Positions 25,621-38,545 of a DNA stretch of 64,000 nt are shown here, in pieces. Positions within the stretch are counted from its first letter, which is position 1. Every line of letters begins with the position of its first letter. Made by a program: the position numbers and the translations under genes. A model generated the notes under the pieces. It did no database searches. It was given only the letters and a program-made list of their open reading frames with translations, and was not told the origin of the DNA. The stretch covers positions 6,386,001 through 6,450,000 of the forward strand of contig OZ024753.1 in assembly GCA_964016885.1 (NCBI GenBank). Direction: 5' to 3'. The DNA comes from Eledone cirrhosa. Lineage: Eukaryota.

Positions 25621-27415
25621 TATTATATATATATATATATATATGTTTAGTCATCTATCATCTCTATCCACACAAATATTGAATATCATTAATGTTGTGA
25701 ACCTTCCCCCTGTTGCTATTAGGTCTATTTTGGGAAGAACACACGCACGCGCACAGGTGTGTGTAAACATAAATAAGGCTGTTATTTCTCGAATATATCC
25801 ACAAAACACCGAACAAACACCCCAAAGTAAACGTCATCATACAGTCTTAAATCCACCCTCCAAATTTGCAAACCAAACGCGCACTCATAAATATATTGGG
25901 TGGCTTTTGTGGTCCAAGTGTGTTTGTGTATTATGTGTGTGTATTATGTGTGTGTGTCTATTGGTTGTGTGTGAGTGCGTACATGCGTATTAACCTTATA
26001 TATATTCAAACACGTTCGGTGTTTTTCTTTAGATCTTCGTTCTCTCGTAAATTAACACCTATACATCCAATTAATAAAGACAGTAATGATGTTTGGATCC
26101 CCGTATATTACATAATGTATATCATTGACCAGTTTAATAAGAATATTACACCTGTCATGATTTTATCAATGTGAAGTGTGTGTGCTTATGTACATTACAC
26201 GTATATGATATACGAGCGTCCAGGAAACCCAGCTCGAAACATTCCTATGCTCCCAAAAATACTCAATAGATATCAGGCGGTCACTTAACGTTTTTTTCAT
26301 AGGGCAGCCATGTCACCCACCATTCAGTTCATTTGCATCAATTTTATACATGCGAGAGGCATCCGTATTCAATCAACCTTATATGACTTCCGAATTACAT
26401 ATCTAAATAAATAATAGCCAATTCAAAACAGGCACCTTCAAGTGATTCACATTTCAGCAGACAGGAATTATACACTCGAAAGTATATGAGAATTCATTTG
26501 ACATCATGTTTATAATGTCCATTCACAAAATGTCTCGCATATTCTCTTCAAATCTTCAATACAATCAATTGAATAACTTTTTATTATTTTCTCTAATTTA
26601 GAACAAATCTCGTTGTAAAATATTATTTGTGTTTAGAAGAAAAATAAACACATTTGCAGTCAAACCATTATGATGATATTTCAATAAAATTCACAAATGT
26701 AGCTTTAGAAATAAAGAAATTTCGAGAATGAAATCCCTGAAGACTCGTGACAATGTATTACGTTTAAATAGGATCCCAATATTTCGAAATTTAGTCCATT
26801 AATGTGAGTTGAAGAGCCCATGTGACCTTCCTTTGCAAGCTGTTTCCTGTTTTGGTTCAATAATAGCAGTTAGTTTAGTAGAGATTCAATGGAAACTTTC
26901 CATTCCAACATCTTCAACCTACGACACAGAAATTACGTTTATTTATTTATACTTTTAAATTGTTTTCCTTATTTTTCATTTCTATTCTTTTGCTGAGGGA
27001 ATGCAACTTGTGTAACATAGTTAGTAAATGAAATAACATCAATGATAAAAGATATTTTAGTAACAATTGCTTTATTCTTTTTCATTTTGTCATCATTTTA
27101 GAAGGTTTCTGTGTGTAAAGACCTGTGTTTATGCTAATGGCTGGTTTCATTGAGAATGTTTTACTTCCACTTTTACTGAAGATTCCTAAAGGTCAGAGAT
27201 ATCTCAGAGAAAAACTACCTTAAAAAGGTCTTTTAAATGTTTGTTTTCACTTGTTTTTTTTTTGTTTTTTTATTATTATTTTTTGTTCAAGTATTCTCAC
27301 GTGCAATGTTGTAAGGACGCTGTGTTGTTATTCAGTCTTCCACAAATATATATTATGTCTTATGCCCGATTGCATAATCATAGTTACGTAGATACGTAGA
27401 CGCGCACATACATTG

Positions 27416-27460
<45 letters not shown>

Positions 27461-28692
27461 AATATTATATATATATATGAATATTATATATATATATATA
27501 TATATATGTGTATATAAATGACATATATATGTGTATATAAATATTATATATATATGTGTATATAAATATATATAAATATTATATATGTGTATATAAATAT
27601 ATATATATATGTGTGTGTATATATATGTATATAATATGTGTGTGTGTATAAATATGTATATAAATATTATATATATATATATTATATATATATATGTGTG
27701 TGTGTGTATATAAATATGTATATAAATATTATATATATATGTGTGTGTGAGTCTAAGTTGGTATTGTGTGAATGTGAACATATGTGTGTTTATATCTATG
27801 TAGGGATGTACTCATAGGAGCTCAGATATATTTTTTAAGTATTTCTGAATGTTGCATTAAATTGAGAAGAATCTCAGAGGAACTTTAGGGAATAACTTGC
27901 CATATTATTTCTACACACACTTAGCCTGCTTTTGGAGAAACTAATAAAACTCAGATGCCTGTGAAGGGAAAGTATACACATGGTGTTCTAGCAATACCTT
28001 TATATTTCTTATTTAATTTTAATATTTAGCCAGAGAATAATGTGTTGTTATGTTTCATCTTGAGTATTGAAGTAGAGAAAAACACGACTGACGATATTAC
28101 TACTTGTACGCAGTTATATATTCTTTACATTCCATTTTATAAACTCTCGAGTCAACTCGTGAAAAGCGGTTACTTGACTTGCTAGATAAAGAAGCCTTGT
28201 GCTTTACAATTTTATATATCGTTTAATAAAGAGGAAGCGTCGTGTTCAGTGCGCATTTCAGCAGATTCGTGACTTATAGTGCTATGCGTATGGCATCCTG
28301 AACCTAAGGTTTTACCGAAATATTGCAAGATAATATACTCTGCTAAAGCCACCCAATAGATGACTTGCGATATTAAACTCGGTGAACTTTTATCTCAATG
28401 ATCCTAATGAATGAGATATCTACGGCTGCCGCATTAACCGGTGAAACTGTTCCATATTAACACCTGAAACTGACCTTTGTTTGCCGTTAGCCTGGTCAAT
28501 TATGTTGCTTTTATTTAGTCCAGATCAATGATTTGAGAAACAGACCCTCACCCTCATTCCAAGGTACCAAAAAGATATCATCGGCATTGCACTTTCTCCC
28601 ATGAATAAACAGCAAAACAATGAAAAAAAGTATTGAAATGCAGTGGGATATCTACTCAGTATGGTGATGTCCATAAATATATATTGTAAAAC

Positions 28693-29593
28693 GGAAAAAT
28701 GAAACGAAATTTCATTTATCACTCTTAGTACGGCTGTTACTTAAATATAAGTATGTATACGTACATACATATATGTATACAGACGTACAGTAGTATGTAT
28801 ATATATATATATGTACGTATGGATTCACCGAACATTTATTATAATGATAGGTGTGTTTGTAAACAAACATCCAGAATTAAGCCGTACAGTGTCTGGCAAC
28901 CATCGTTGCTCATTTGTTCAACCCTGACAAAGAAACGCTGTACTAGTTTCAAGCTTATTAGCTATCGTCAGCAACGTATACCTTCGTGCCAGATGATTGA
29001 ACGTCTGAAAGTATATACTTTCTGTATGCATATTAACGTCTGAGCAGCCTAATTTGCATATCGAGTGAATCCATACGTACATATATATATATGTGTGCAT
29101 GTATGTATATATATATATACATACTACTGTACGTCTGTATACATATATGTATGTACGTATACATACTTATATTTAAGTAACAGCCGTACTAAGAGTGAGA
29201 AATGAAATTTCGTTTAATTTTTTCCGTTTATCGTTTTCGATACCCCGGCCGATTAACTCACTCGATATGCAAATTAGGCTGCTCAGCCATTAATATGCAT
29301 AAGGAAAGTATATACTTTCAGACGTTCAATCATCTGACAGGAAGGTATACGTTGCTAATAAGCTTGAAACTAGTACAGCGTTCCTTTGTCAGGGTTGAAC
29401 AAATGAGCAACGATGGTTGCTAGACACTGTACGGCTTAATTCGGGATGTTTGTTTACAAACACACCGATCATTATAATAAATGTTCGGTGAATCCATACG
29501 TACATATATATATATGTGTGCATGTATGTATATATATATATATACATACTACTGTACGTCTGTATACATATATGTATGTACGTATACATACTT
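28693..29593. mobile_element. Family F10 element with double inversion and 16-bp flanking direct repeat
   Basis: 28689-29068 is mirrored by 29065-29229 (short) and 29258-29596 (long); ATATATATTGTAAAAC at 28677-28692 and 29594-29609. Confidence 0.8.
28936..28976 (-). ncRNA. Minimal type I hammerhead ribozyme, family F10
   Basis: CGUUG-CUGACGA-UAGCU(AAUA)AGCUU-GAAA-CUAG-UA^-CAGCG; palindromic stem III ACUAGU. Confidence 0.82.
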
Positions 29594-30377
29594 ATATATA
29601 TTGTAAAACATTAGTCCTATGCTAATAGACAGTAATAAACACCTCTTTATAAAATGGGGAATATTAATGAATTTGGTATGATACAATTCTAGAAAGAGTA
29701 AGCGATAAATATTGTTATTGGAGAGATTCCTTTAATTCAGTCCTAATATTGTACCATTACCAACTGGATTAATTCTATACAACTCATACAGCAAAGAAGC
29801 ATTAATAATTATAACGACTCTGTCAGGTACATTCGAAGCTATTAAAATGGTGGGAAGCATAATGATAAAAAATACATTAATGTAATATTACAGATTATTA
29901 TATTAAAACAAACAAACAAACAAAAAATAACAAAGAAAAGTTAATATAGCAGTCTGAATGTGAATGTACAGATATTTTTATATGAACACAACAAGCAAGA
30001 TATAAACATATTTCTGTCCAAAGTACAGACAAATTATTACCTTTAATCACATGACGCCTTATTACTCTTGTATTTCCAAATATTTTACCATTAATATTTC
30101 TGTAGTGATATGCTGCCAAAATTGGCTTCGTTTATTGTGAACTTTTAATGGCATTAAATTTTCGGATTCAGTTATATTTCACTTTTATATAATCTGTCTT
30201 AATAGTAGCCACCTTTAATTCCTATCGCGACTATAGACGATTATGTCTTGCTCGTCTATAATCAAAGTGAAATCAGTAACAATTTAGTCAATTATTATAT
30301 TGACGCAGTACATACAGTTGACCAAACCATTGATACCATAATACATTTTGTTTTACTTTTTATTATATCCAGCTTTT

Positions 30378-30600
30378 GGGCGATGGATTGGCAGTATCGG
30401 TAGAGCGTCGTACGCCATGCTTTGCAGCATAGAGTTACGGCCTTTTATGATCTGAGTTCAAATCCCGCCAAAGTTAACTTTGCCTTTCATCCTTACAGCG
30501 TCGATAAAATAAAGTACCATTCACGCACCGGGGTCGATTTAATCGTTTTTACCCTCCCCCTAAAATTGCTGGTCTTGTGCCTATATAAGAAACCATTATA
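30378..30600 (+). mobile_element. SINE A (longer variant with GGGGTCGATTTAATCG segment)
   Basis: A/B boxes, central domain and tail. Confidence 0.88.
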
Positions 30601-31439
30601 TCAAGCTTTTAGATCCCTGTAACTATATGACGAGGAATTTATTTTAAAGTATTAACCCCAAACACAATTAAGGTCATACAAGTTTCACTTGACAATGGCT
30701 ATTGAATATATATATGTTTTCATCAGTATATAATGAATGGCTTATCTCAAACATCTTTGTGTATGTATGTTATATTGGCATCGCAATTACACGAGCAAAT
30801 CCATTTTATATTATTTCATCATTAATAATTAATATGCTGCTAAACTGTGGATAATGTTTATTACATATGTAATCTGTGTTGATATCAAAATTAATTATAT
30901 TTAATCTAGCGCAAAAGGTTAGCTGTTAGTTAATAATTGCCAAATACAATAAACATTTAAGAGAACAGCAAATCTAGAGTTATGTGTTCCAGCATTGTAC
31001 GTAATTTTACAGCCATCTTTTTAATATATAAATTTCATATATAACTAGGCATACAAATATTTAGTGAATATTTCAGAATGTGTTCATCTTACGTTTATAA
31101 AAGCGTGAATGTAATAATAAACCGTTTAGAAGTGATTAACCACGTTTCATCCATGCAAATTTGTTTTCGAATAATTGATAATTTCCACGTTTCTATGCAA
31201 TTACATATATCACTAAAATTAGTGATAGCTAATCAAATAGGACTACACTAATAAATCGGTGACTCAATAAATTGTTAGTATATCTATACTTTATTTTTAT
31301 ATCTATCAGAAGTGGAGGCATTTCCATTAAATCAAATGAACTCTTCACAAACGGAGGAAGGTATAACTACCGAATGTTAGCAACTCCATCATTTTAATGG
31401 ATTAATCATGCACCAGTTACGTAAACATTATAAAATAAT

Positions 31440-31547
31440 GAGTTCAAATCCTGCTGAGGTTAACTTTACCTTTCATCCTTACGGGGTCGAAAAATAAAGT
31501 ACCAGTAATGTATTTGCTGGCTTTGTGCCAAAAGTAGAAACAATTAT
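31440..31547 (+). mobile_element. SINE A 3' half
   Basis: Starts at B-box GAGTTCAAATCC; lies between two copies of a ~135-bp direct repeat. Confidence 0.8.
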
Positions 31548-31827
31548 AAAATAAAGTATAGATGTACCATCGGAAGTGGAGGTATCTACATTAAATCAAA
31601 TGAACTCTTTACAAACGGAGGAAGGTATAACTCCCGAGTGTTAGAAACTCCATTATTTTAATACATTAATCATGCACCGGTTACGTGAACCTTATAAAAT
31701 ATAAAACAACATAAGAGCTATTTTGTCACATTTACGAACCCTACGTAAAACTATGAATATTAAAGGAGCTGAAAAATTGAACACAGAAAGATCAGGTACA
31801 CATTAAAGCTGTATGAGTGATACAAGC

Positions 31828-31940
31828 AATAATTGTTTCTACTTTTGGCACAAGGCCAGCAATTACCTAGTGCATTACTAGTACTTTATTTTATCGACCC
31901 AGTAAGGATGAAAGGCAAAGTCAACCTAGGCGGGATTTGA
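31828..31940 (-). mobile_element. SINE A 3' half
   Basis: Ends at GGGATTTGA; AAGCAATAAT present on both sides. Confidence 0.8.
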
Positions 31941-32100
31941 AGCAATAATGCAGGGTATGCATATATATTCGTCGCGTGTTAATATTTCGGTTAGAGAAAT
32001 GTGCATGAAATATACTTTGACAATCGTAGCCTAATGTTCTTTGAAACATTATCTCTCTCTCCTCAGAATGGAGTAGGGTGTGTAGGTTGAGGTGTATAGA

Positions 32101-32150
32101 GAGCTGTACTGATGAAGGGTGATACCCAGAAACATTAGTGTCCGGAGTTC
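32101..32150 (+). ncRNA. Decayed type I hammerhead, family F11
   Basis: GAGCUGUA-CUGAUGA-AGGGU(GAU)ACCCA-GAAA-CAUUAGUG-UC^-CGGAGUUC; core and GUC site intact, proximal stem I mismatched; the downstream tail 32185-32230 matches 34330-34370. Confidence 0.55.
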
Positions 32151-32251
32151 TGTTCACATGCCAACATAAGAGCAAGAATGAATTGTTCATTCTACTGACA
32201 TGGCTATAAAATTGAGGTTTGTTTGCATAATTGCAAACGAATCGAATGTTT

Positions 32252-32440
32252 GTGGATTGGCAGTATCGGTAGAGAGTCGGACGCCATGCTTTCCAGCATA
32301 GTTACGTCCTCCCTTTACAGTCTGAGTTCAAATCCCGCCGAGGTTAACTTTGCCTTTCATCCTTACAGGGTCGATAAAATAAAGTACCAGTAATGTACTG
32401 GGTAATTGATGGCCTTGTGCCAAAAGTAGAAACAATTATT
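32252..32440 (+). mobile_element. SINE A
   Basis: Near-consensus full copy. Confidence 0.9.
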
Positions 32441-32519
32441 AATATTCGAAAAACCCAGATTACATTTATATATATATATATATATATATAGTGTGTGTAA
32501 ATATAAAAATACACTCTTA

Positions 32520-32725
32520 ACAGATGCAATGTGTCCGAACACAGAAGTGTCGAACTCCCACTGTCATCGCCCCCCCCCCCCCACCATCTGACTGTATAGT
32601 GAGCAAACGGTGTCCCACGTGCTGGCCGGCGGACAGAATGGAGAAAGAGGTTACCCCGAAAGATGGTAAGGGAGATGCGCTGTAAATGTTGCACCACCTA
32701 ATAATGCACTGACTGGCCTGCACCC
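32520..32725 (-). mobile_element. CRE-like LINE 3' end
   Basis: HLQRISLTIFRGN.. plus 3' UTR homologous to 56981-57280. Confidence 0.7.
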
Positions 32726-33407
32726 GCTATTGTCACAAATGAAATGTATTTGATTTGAAATTTGCTCAACCAAATCTGTTAGTACAACTATTTGAGCAGA
32801 CGATCATTGTCGATTGTCTTAGAGAAATTGTATTTCAGTTTCTTGTGGAAATGATAAGCATTTCTGGGACATTTTTCATGCATTAATATTATTAATGTAT
32901 CAAATAAAATACAGGCTAGTAGTGGATAGATACGCATGCGCATATAAAATATTTCGTATATGTATAATACATGTTAACTATCGTATCCGATAACAACCAT
33001 GTCTTAAAGAAAAACGTAGTATTGCTGCTGCTAGCACTGATGTCACCATGAATGGCTCATCAAAAGGGGGGGGTAAAGAAATGTCATACCAGAGAGAGTG
33101 TATGTAAGATTCACACCTGCTTGAGTTTGTGTTAACTCACCTGCGGAGTAACACACCTTAGTACATATGTCACATGCAACATCAAGGTGTATGTAGTACC
33201 CAACTGTGTTATTTGCATTAATATGACGTCTGCTAAGGCTTAGGTGTCCAGACTTCGACATTCATACATATCTGCCTCCTTCGCGGGTAAGAGTCTCTTT
33301 CGCTCCCTGTTTAGGGAACAGATTTCCCTTCTTTTTAATTCTTTTTATTATAGCTAATAACAACAGTAACATGTGTTGTTAGAGGTTGTACAATGGTTTT
33401 ATCCATA

Positions 33408-33598
33408 GAATAATTGTTTCTACTTTTGGCACAAGACCAGCAATTATCTCAGTGCATTACTGGAACTTTACCTTTCATTCTTACAGGGTCGATAAAAAAA
33501 GTTAACCTCGAAGATATTTGAAATCAGACCATAAAGGGCCGTAACTCTATGCTGCAAAGCCTGGCGTCCGACCCTCTACCGAACTGCTAATCCGCCGC
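33408..33598 (-). mobile_element. SINE A (rearranged)
   Basis: Tail, B-box and head recognisable; the central domain is in locally inverted orientation. Confidence 0.75.
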
Positions 33599-34287
33599 CT
33601 TGCTGTTAATCCACCGCATATCCATAGAATAATGTAGTTTTCAATTCAATATAGTTCGATCTTATGCCTAAAATATCCTCCGTCTCTTTGAAACGATATT
33701 AACCAAATATGGTTATTTTCCCCAAGAGATGTTTACGGAATAGTTAAATGCATCAACACACACCATTAAATGCTTTTCCCCGAAGGAAATTACTACCGTC
33801 TAAATTAAATTACCAAATTAGGGTTTTGCTATGAAGAACGTCCCAACTTAAACAAATAGATTATTTCTGTTCAGTTAGGCATATCAATGATCTGAGAAAG
33901 AGGTGACAGGAATTTGTGTAACGATTTTAGCTTTGTTTCTGTTTCTTGTTTGACTCCAAGTTTAAATTAAATTTAACTATACAAAAATAACAACGTTGGC
34001 ATACGCTGAATGCAATTTCCTATAGCTTTGTCTTGAACAAACAGGAACAAGTTTCAATGATGCCAGTTAATAAAACGAGGCAATTGGTGTGGGAGAAATT
34101 CTAAAAGGGAAAGCATAAATATATTATGTAATTCTATGACAAAACGATACAGTGTGTGTCCATCACACTTTTAACAACAGTTGAAGCTGAATTGTCATTT
34201 GAAAAATGTAGCATTTCTCTATATAAAATGTGTTGTTTTCCTGTATATAGTATCATGCGCAAACGAAGACCTCACACAGAAGTAACG

Positions 34288-34366
34288 AAAACAGCCTCTT
34301 TTATAAGCCAAATCAGTAGGATGAGCCCCTCATTCTAGTGACATGGCTTATAAAAGAAGCTGTTTG
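34288..34366. repeat. Hairpin (inverted tail of family F11) abutting (TA)n
   Basis: AAACAGCCTCTTTTATAAGCCA..TAGGATGAG(CCC)CTCATTCTA..TGGCTTATAAAAGAAGCTGTTT. Confidence 0.7.
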
Positions 34367-34962
34367 CATATATATATATATATATAGTGAGAATGGTTAG
34401 GTGAGTCTGTGCCAATGTGTATATAAATATAGATATTACTTATATGTACACATGTAAACAGACTGGAATATAAGAATATCCCTGTATAATGAGAAGACAG
34501 TAAATACATTTTATTGATTTTCGAACCTAGTTAGTTCTTCATGAGGAGGTGTATATATCTAAAAAAGGAAACACTTTTCTTCAGTATACATGAAAATGTA
34601 TACATTTTGCACGTTTACATATTATACATACGTATGTATGTATGTATGTTTGTATGTTTGCTCACTATAAAAGCTTCACGGCACAGGCATTGCTTTATAT
34701 CTGGAGATCTCTCTGCAATTGTCGTCACATGGTACCATGGGCCCAGCACTATGTGTCAATAATTGTCACAAGTGTAGTGTTTGTACCAGAGTTTTCAAGT
34801 CATTGGCTGGACTAAAAAGTCACAATCGTTTAGCGCATCGGTAGGGCTTCTCCTATATGGATATAAAGTAGTGGCTGTACTCGAAAACGAGTTGGCAGCC
34901 ACCATGTATGTATGTATGTATGTATATGTGTGTGGGTATGTATGTATATATGTGTGTGTGGG

Positions 34963-34999
<37 letters not shown>

Positions 35000-35050
35000 A
35001 TATATATATATATGTGTGTGTATATATATATATATATGTGTGTGTATGTG

Positions 35051-35083
<33 letters not shown>

Positions 35084-35202
35084 ATGTGTGTATATATATA
35101 TATATATGTGTGTGTATGTATGTATATATATATATATGTATATATATGTATATATGTATATATATCATAAATCATGTCCTTAGAATTATTAGATAAAATA
35201 TA

Positions 35203-35238
<36 letters not shown>

Positions 35239-35969
35239 ACGCATATATATATATATATATATATATGCGTGGATATGAGGGTCTCATTGTGTGTGGCTGT
35301 TTTCGCGCCATATTCTCTGTAGTGTATCATAATATTTCCGTCGGTGACACCTAGAAATACCACAGCGCTTTATTCACATGAAAAAAAAAGAAAATCTCGC
35401 TGTCATCCTACGTGAACAGCTGACGATAGATAAAAGATTGTAACTGCTTTCCAATAAAGATGATGCGATAGGTGTTCCTTGTAATAGAATGCACGTATTG
35501 CGAGAATAGAGTCTCGTGTTCAGAATAGTATAACTGATTCTGGAATTATCATATTCTCAGAATTTGAAATGATGTAAAGATATATAAAGGCTTCTTTGAA
35601 ACGCGAGATATTTGAGATAACATTTTTCTGTGCTTTCGTTTTTATATCATTTCTATTTCAGAAAATTTTCAGTGAGATTATATTGAGATTAAATCTGAAC
35701 TACTTTACCGATCTTTGAGCAAATTCTTGAGCTAATTCTAATGATTTGATTACAGAAAAGTTCTAACATACGCTACATTGGTAAAACAATAACGCATTCA
35801 TGTTATACTAATACTGAAATCTTTCAATATTTTTGGAGCGTCAATTGTCATGTTGCAGCCCTCCTGGCTTTCCCTTGTAAATAATTGATTCTACTTTTGG
35901 CACAAGGCCAGTGTGTTCTTGAGCAAGACACTTTATTTTACGAGGTTCCAAATCACTGAGCAAGATGCA

Positions 35970-36162
35970 GAGGGCTTATAATTGAAGAGACTTGAAGGCA
36001 TTATACAGCACAATAAGGCAGATATTGGGTCCACAACCCTAAAAAAAAAATATTTATTTAAGATGGGAACCTCCTCATCAAAGATCCATCAGGTATCATG
36101 AGTAGGTGGATTGAACACACTAAAGATCTGTTTGACAACTCATCTGTAGTTGATGAGGAAAT
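35970..36162 (+). mobile_element. RTE (BovB-like) ORF2 tether-region fragment
   Basis: DGNLLIKDPSGIMSRWIEHTKDLFD matches the (K)DG-x-L...I-x-x-RW-x-EHF-x-x-L motif. Confidence 0.6.
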
Positions 36163-36346
36163 TATTAATTGTTTCTACTTTAGGCACAAGGCCAGCAACT
36201 ACCCAGTGTCTCACTGGTACTTTATTTTATCGACCCCGTAAGGATGAAAGGCAAAGTCAACCTCGGCGGGATTTGAACTCAGATCGTAAAGGGACGTAAC
36301 TACGCTGGAAAGCATGTCCGACTCTCTACCGATACTGTCAATCCAC
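36163..36346 (-). mobile_element. SINE A
   Basis: Full reverse-complement copy. Confidence 0.88.
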
Positions 36347-36935
36347 TGCCAATCCCTTGTAGCTAATACTTAGACAAAGTTGGATTTGCAATAACAATCT
36401 GCAATCTGTATTGACAAAAGTAATAGACATATTTGCAGATATTCCAAATGATATTAATCCATGATAACATCTGATGGATCACTTGGAAGGAGCATGTATG
36501 TTTGAATAAGACATATGTAAAGCAAAATAGTTGTAACATGCCGTTCTCTGGGGAAACGCCTTCTCCATTCTGTCCGCCGGGGCTGTGGGGAGGCCACCAA
36601 CATGATTGACTGACTTATCATTTTATCAGTCAACCTGCTATTTGTATTTTCATAGAATATATAAAAATATTAGATATATCTTTTGTAAGTTTGTAACACA
36701 AGCATAAGAATTTCATGTTCATAAGAGCCTTTGAAATGTATACAATAGACAAGCGATGGACACAAAGTAGCCGTTAATTGCATTTTGTGAGCAATAAACC
36801 AAGAGAATACAGCAATTTGATATTTCAATAATTAGTTCAGTGAATTTTGTATGATAGAACGCCGATGATTATATCTACGAGTGTGTCTAGATTACATGCG
36901 ATAATCTTATAGTATTCGACATTGTATATTCAACG

Positions 36936-37132
36936 GGCGGTGAATTGGCAGTAATGGTAGAGGGTCGGACGCCATGCTTTGGAGCAGAGAGTTACAGTCG
37001 TTTACGGTCTGAATTCAATTCAAATCTCGCCCAGGTTAACTTTGCCTTTCATCCTTACGGGGTCGATAAAATAAAGTACCAGTAATTCACTAGGGTAGTT
37101 GCTGGCCTTGTGCCAAAAGTAGAAACAATTAT
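36936..37132 (+). mobile_element. SINE A
   Basis: Full copy. Confidence 0.88.
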
Positions 37133-37358
37133 TATATTAAACGTTAATATAAACGAAGTGGAAATATTTCAAGACTATACATCACTAAACAATGCAGCCA
37201 AACAGCTATCCGTAACTTCCCTGATCATTTTATAAGATTTTGTCTGATATTTGGACCGCGGCAATGATGGTATGATTATAATATACCATTCGTTTCCTTA
37301 CTACGTAATTACTTGTGATGTGATATATTAACACTCGCGTTTCTAAATATTAGCTTAA

Positions 37359-37579
37359 CCCTTTAGTATATAAACTAGCCATACCCGGCCAGAAATCTCC
37401 CACCTGTTTCTGTTCAAACCGGCTCTAACTGGCCTCTCATACTGATATTAAGGTATTGTTTACAAAATAAATAATATCAAAACCTTATAGATTCGATATT
37501 ATGTGGGATAATTATGTGAGGTAAAGCTTTTACCATAAAAATACATTACTATATATAGAATAATGTATATGCTAAAGGA
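37359..37579. mobile_element. piggyBac-like MITE
   Basis: TTAA|CCCTTTAGTATATA ... TATATGCTAAAGGA|TTAA; TIR 12/14, TTAA TSD at 37355-37358 and 37580-37583. Confidence 0.8.
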
Positions 37580-37772
37580 TTAAACATTCTACCCCGTATA
37601 TCCTTACGATATGATGGTTGACTTCATGGATTGCTTGGCAGGAATAATATGGAAAATTACATATTTATTCTGTACAAGTGTTAAGTTAAACCCCTAACCG
37701 TATAGGCTACAAGCTAAATTTACTCTAAACAGGAAAATAGAACACCATGTAAAGTAGAGCAGTAACATATAT

Positions 37773-37775
<3 letters not shown>

Positions 37776-37810
<35 letters not shown>

Positions 37811-37915
37811 TCACTCACTCACTCACTCACTCACTCACTCACTCACTCACTCACTCACTCACTCACTCACTCACTCACTCACTCACTCACTCACTCACTC
37901 ACTCACTCACTCACA
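37776..37915. repeat. (CA)n(CACT)n microsatellite
   Basis: Direct reading. Confidence 0.95.
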
Positions 37916-38094
37916 CATATTAAATCTGCCATCCTAACAATAACTCATCTCTGACCGATCCTTTAAGTCCTTCACATGGATACTCCATTGATAATGGATT
38001 TCTAAACCCGAATATATTTGGGATAATTAAAATTGGCATGGTAAAATTCTATCGTTATCTTGTCACCTTTAATTTTCTCATGCATTGTATGGTG

Positions 38095-38545
38095 GCTGCC
38101 AACTCGTTCACACCACTTTCATTGATTTCACAAAATCTTTTGACAACGTGAAACTACCCAGCTTGTGGCAACTCTTAAAGTATACGTCAATTAACAAAAA
38201 AATACATCAACCTATTGAAAGAAATGTACACCAACTCAACAACAAATATCAAAACAGAATTGGGAACTACATGGTGTATAGACATCTTGAAGGGAGTATT
38301 ATCAACACTTCTTTTCTGTATAGTTATAGCTGCATTTATGTACCAAACTGAAGAAGAATACTCCTTTGGTTATCAAATAATATGTAAAATCCTATCAAAT
38401 AATATGTAAAATCCTTTCAAATCTTAGCTATGCAGACGATCTGGCCATCATGAGTTACTCTTGAACAGATCTGCAAGACTTTCTGAATGTACTGGCCAAA
38501 CATTCGCTGGAGGCTGGCTTACACATCAACATCACCAAAAACAGC
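38095..38545 (+). mobile_element. Decayed LINE reverse-transcriptase fragment
   Basis: FIDFTKSFDNV, IDILKG..LLFCIV, NLSYADDLAIM, AGLHINITK: RT motifs across frameshifts. Confidence 0.8.

Noticed and set aside
25640-26935. Unique-looking sequence with a possible minus-strand splice acceptor at ~26918
   Set aside because: All frames close quickly and no protein is recognisable; it could be UTR or regulatory but is unsupported
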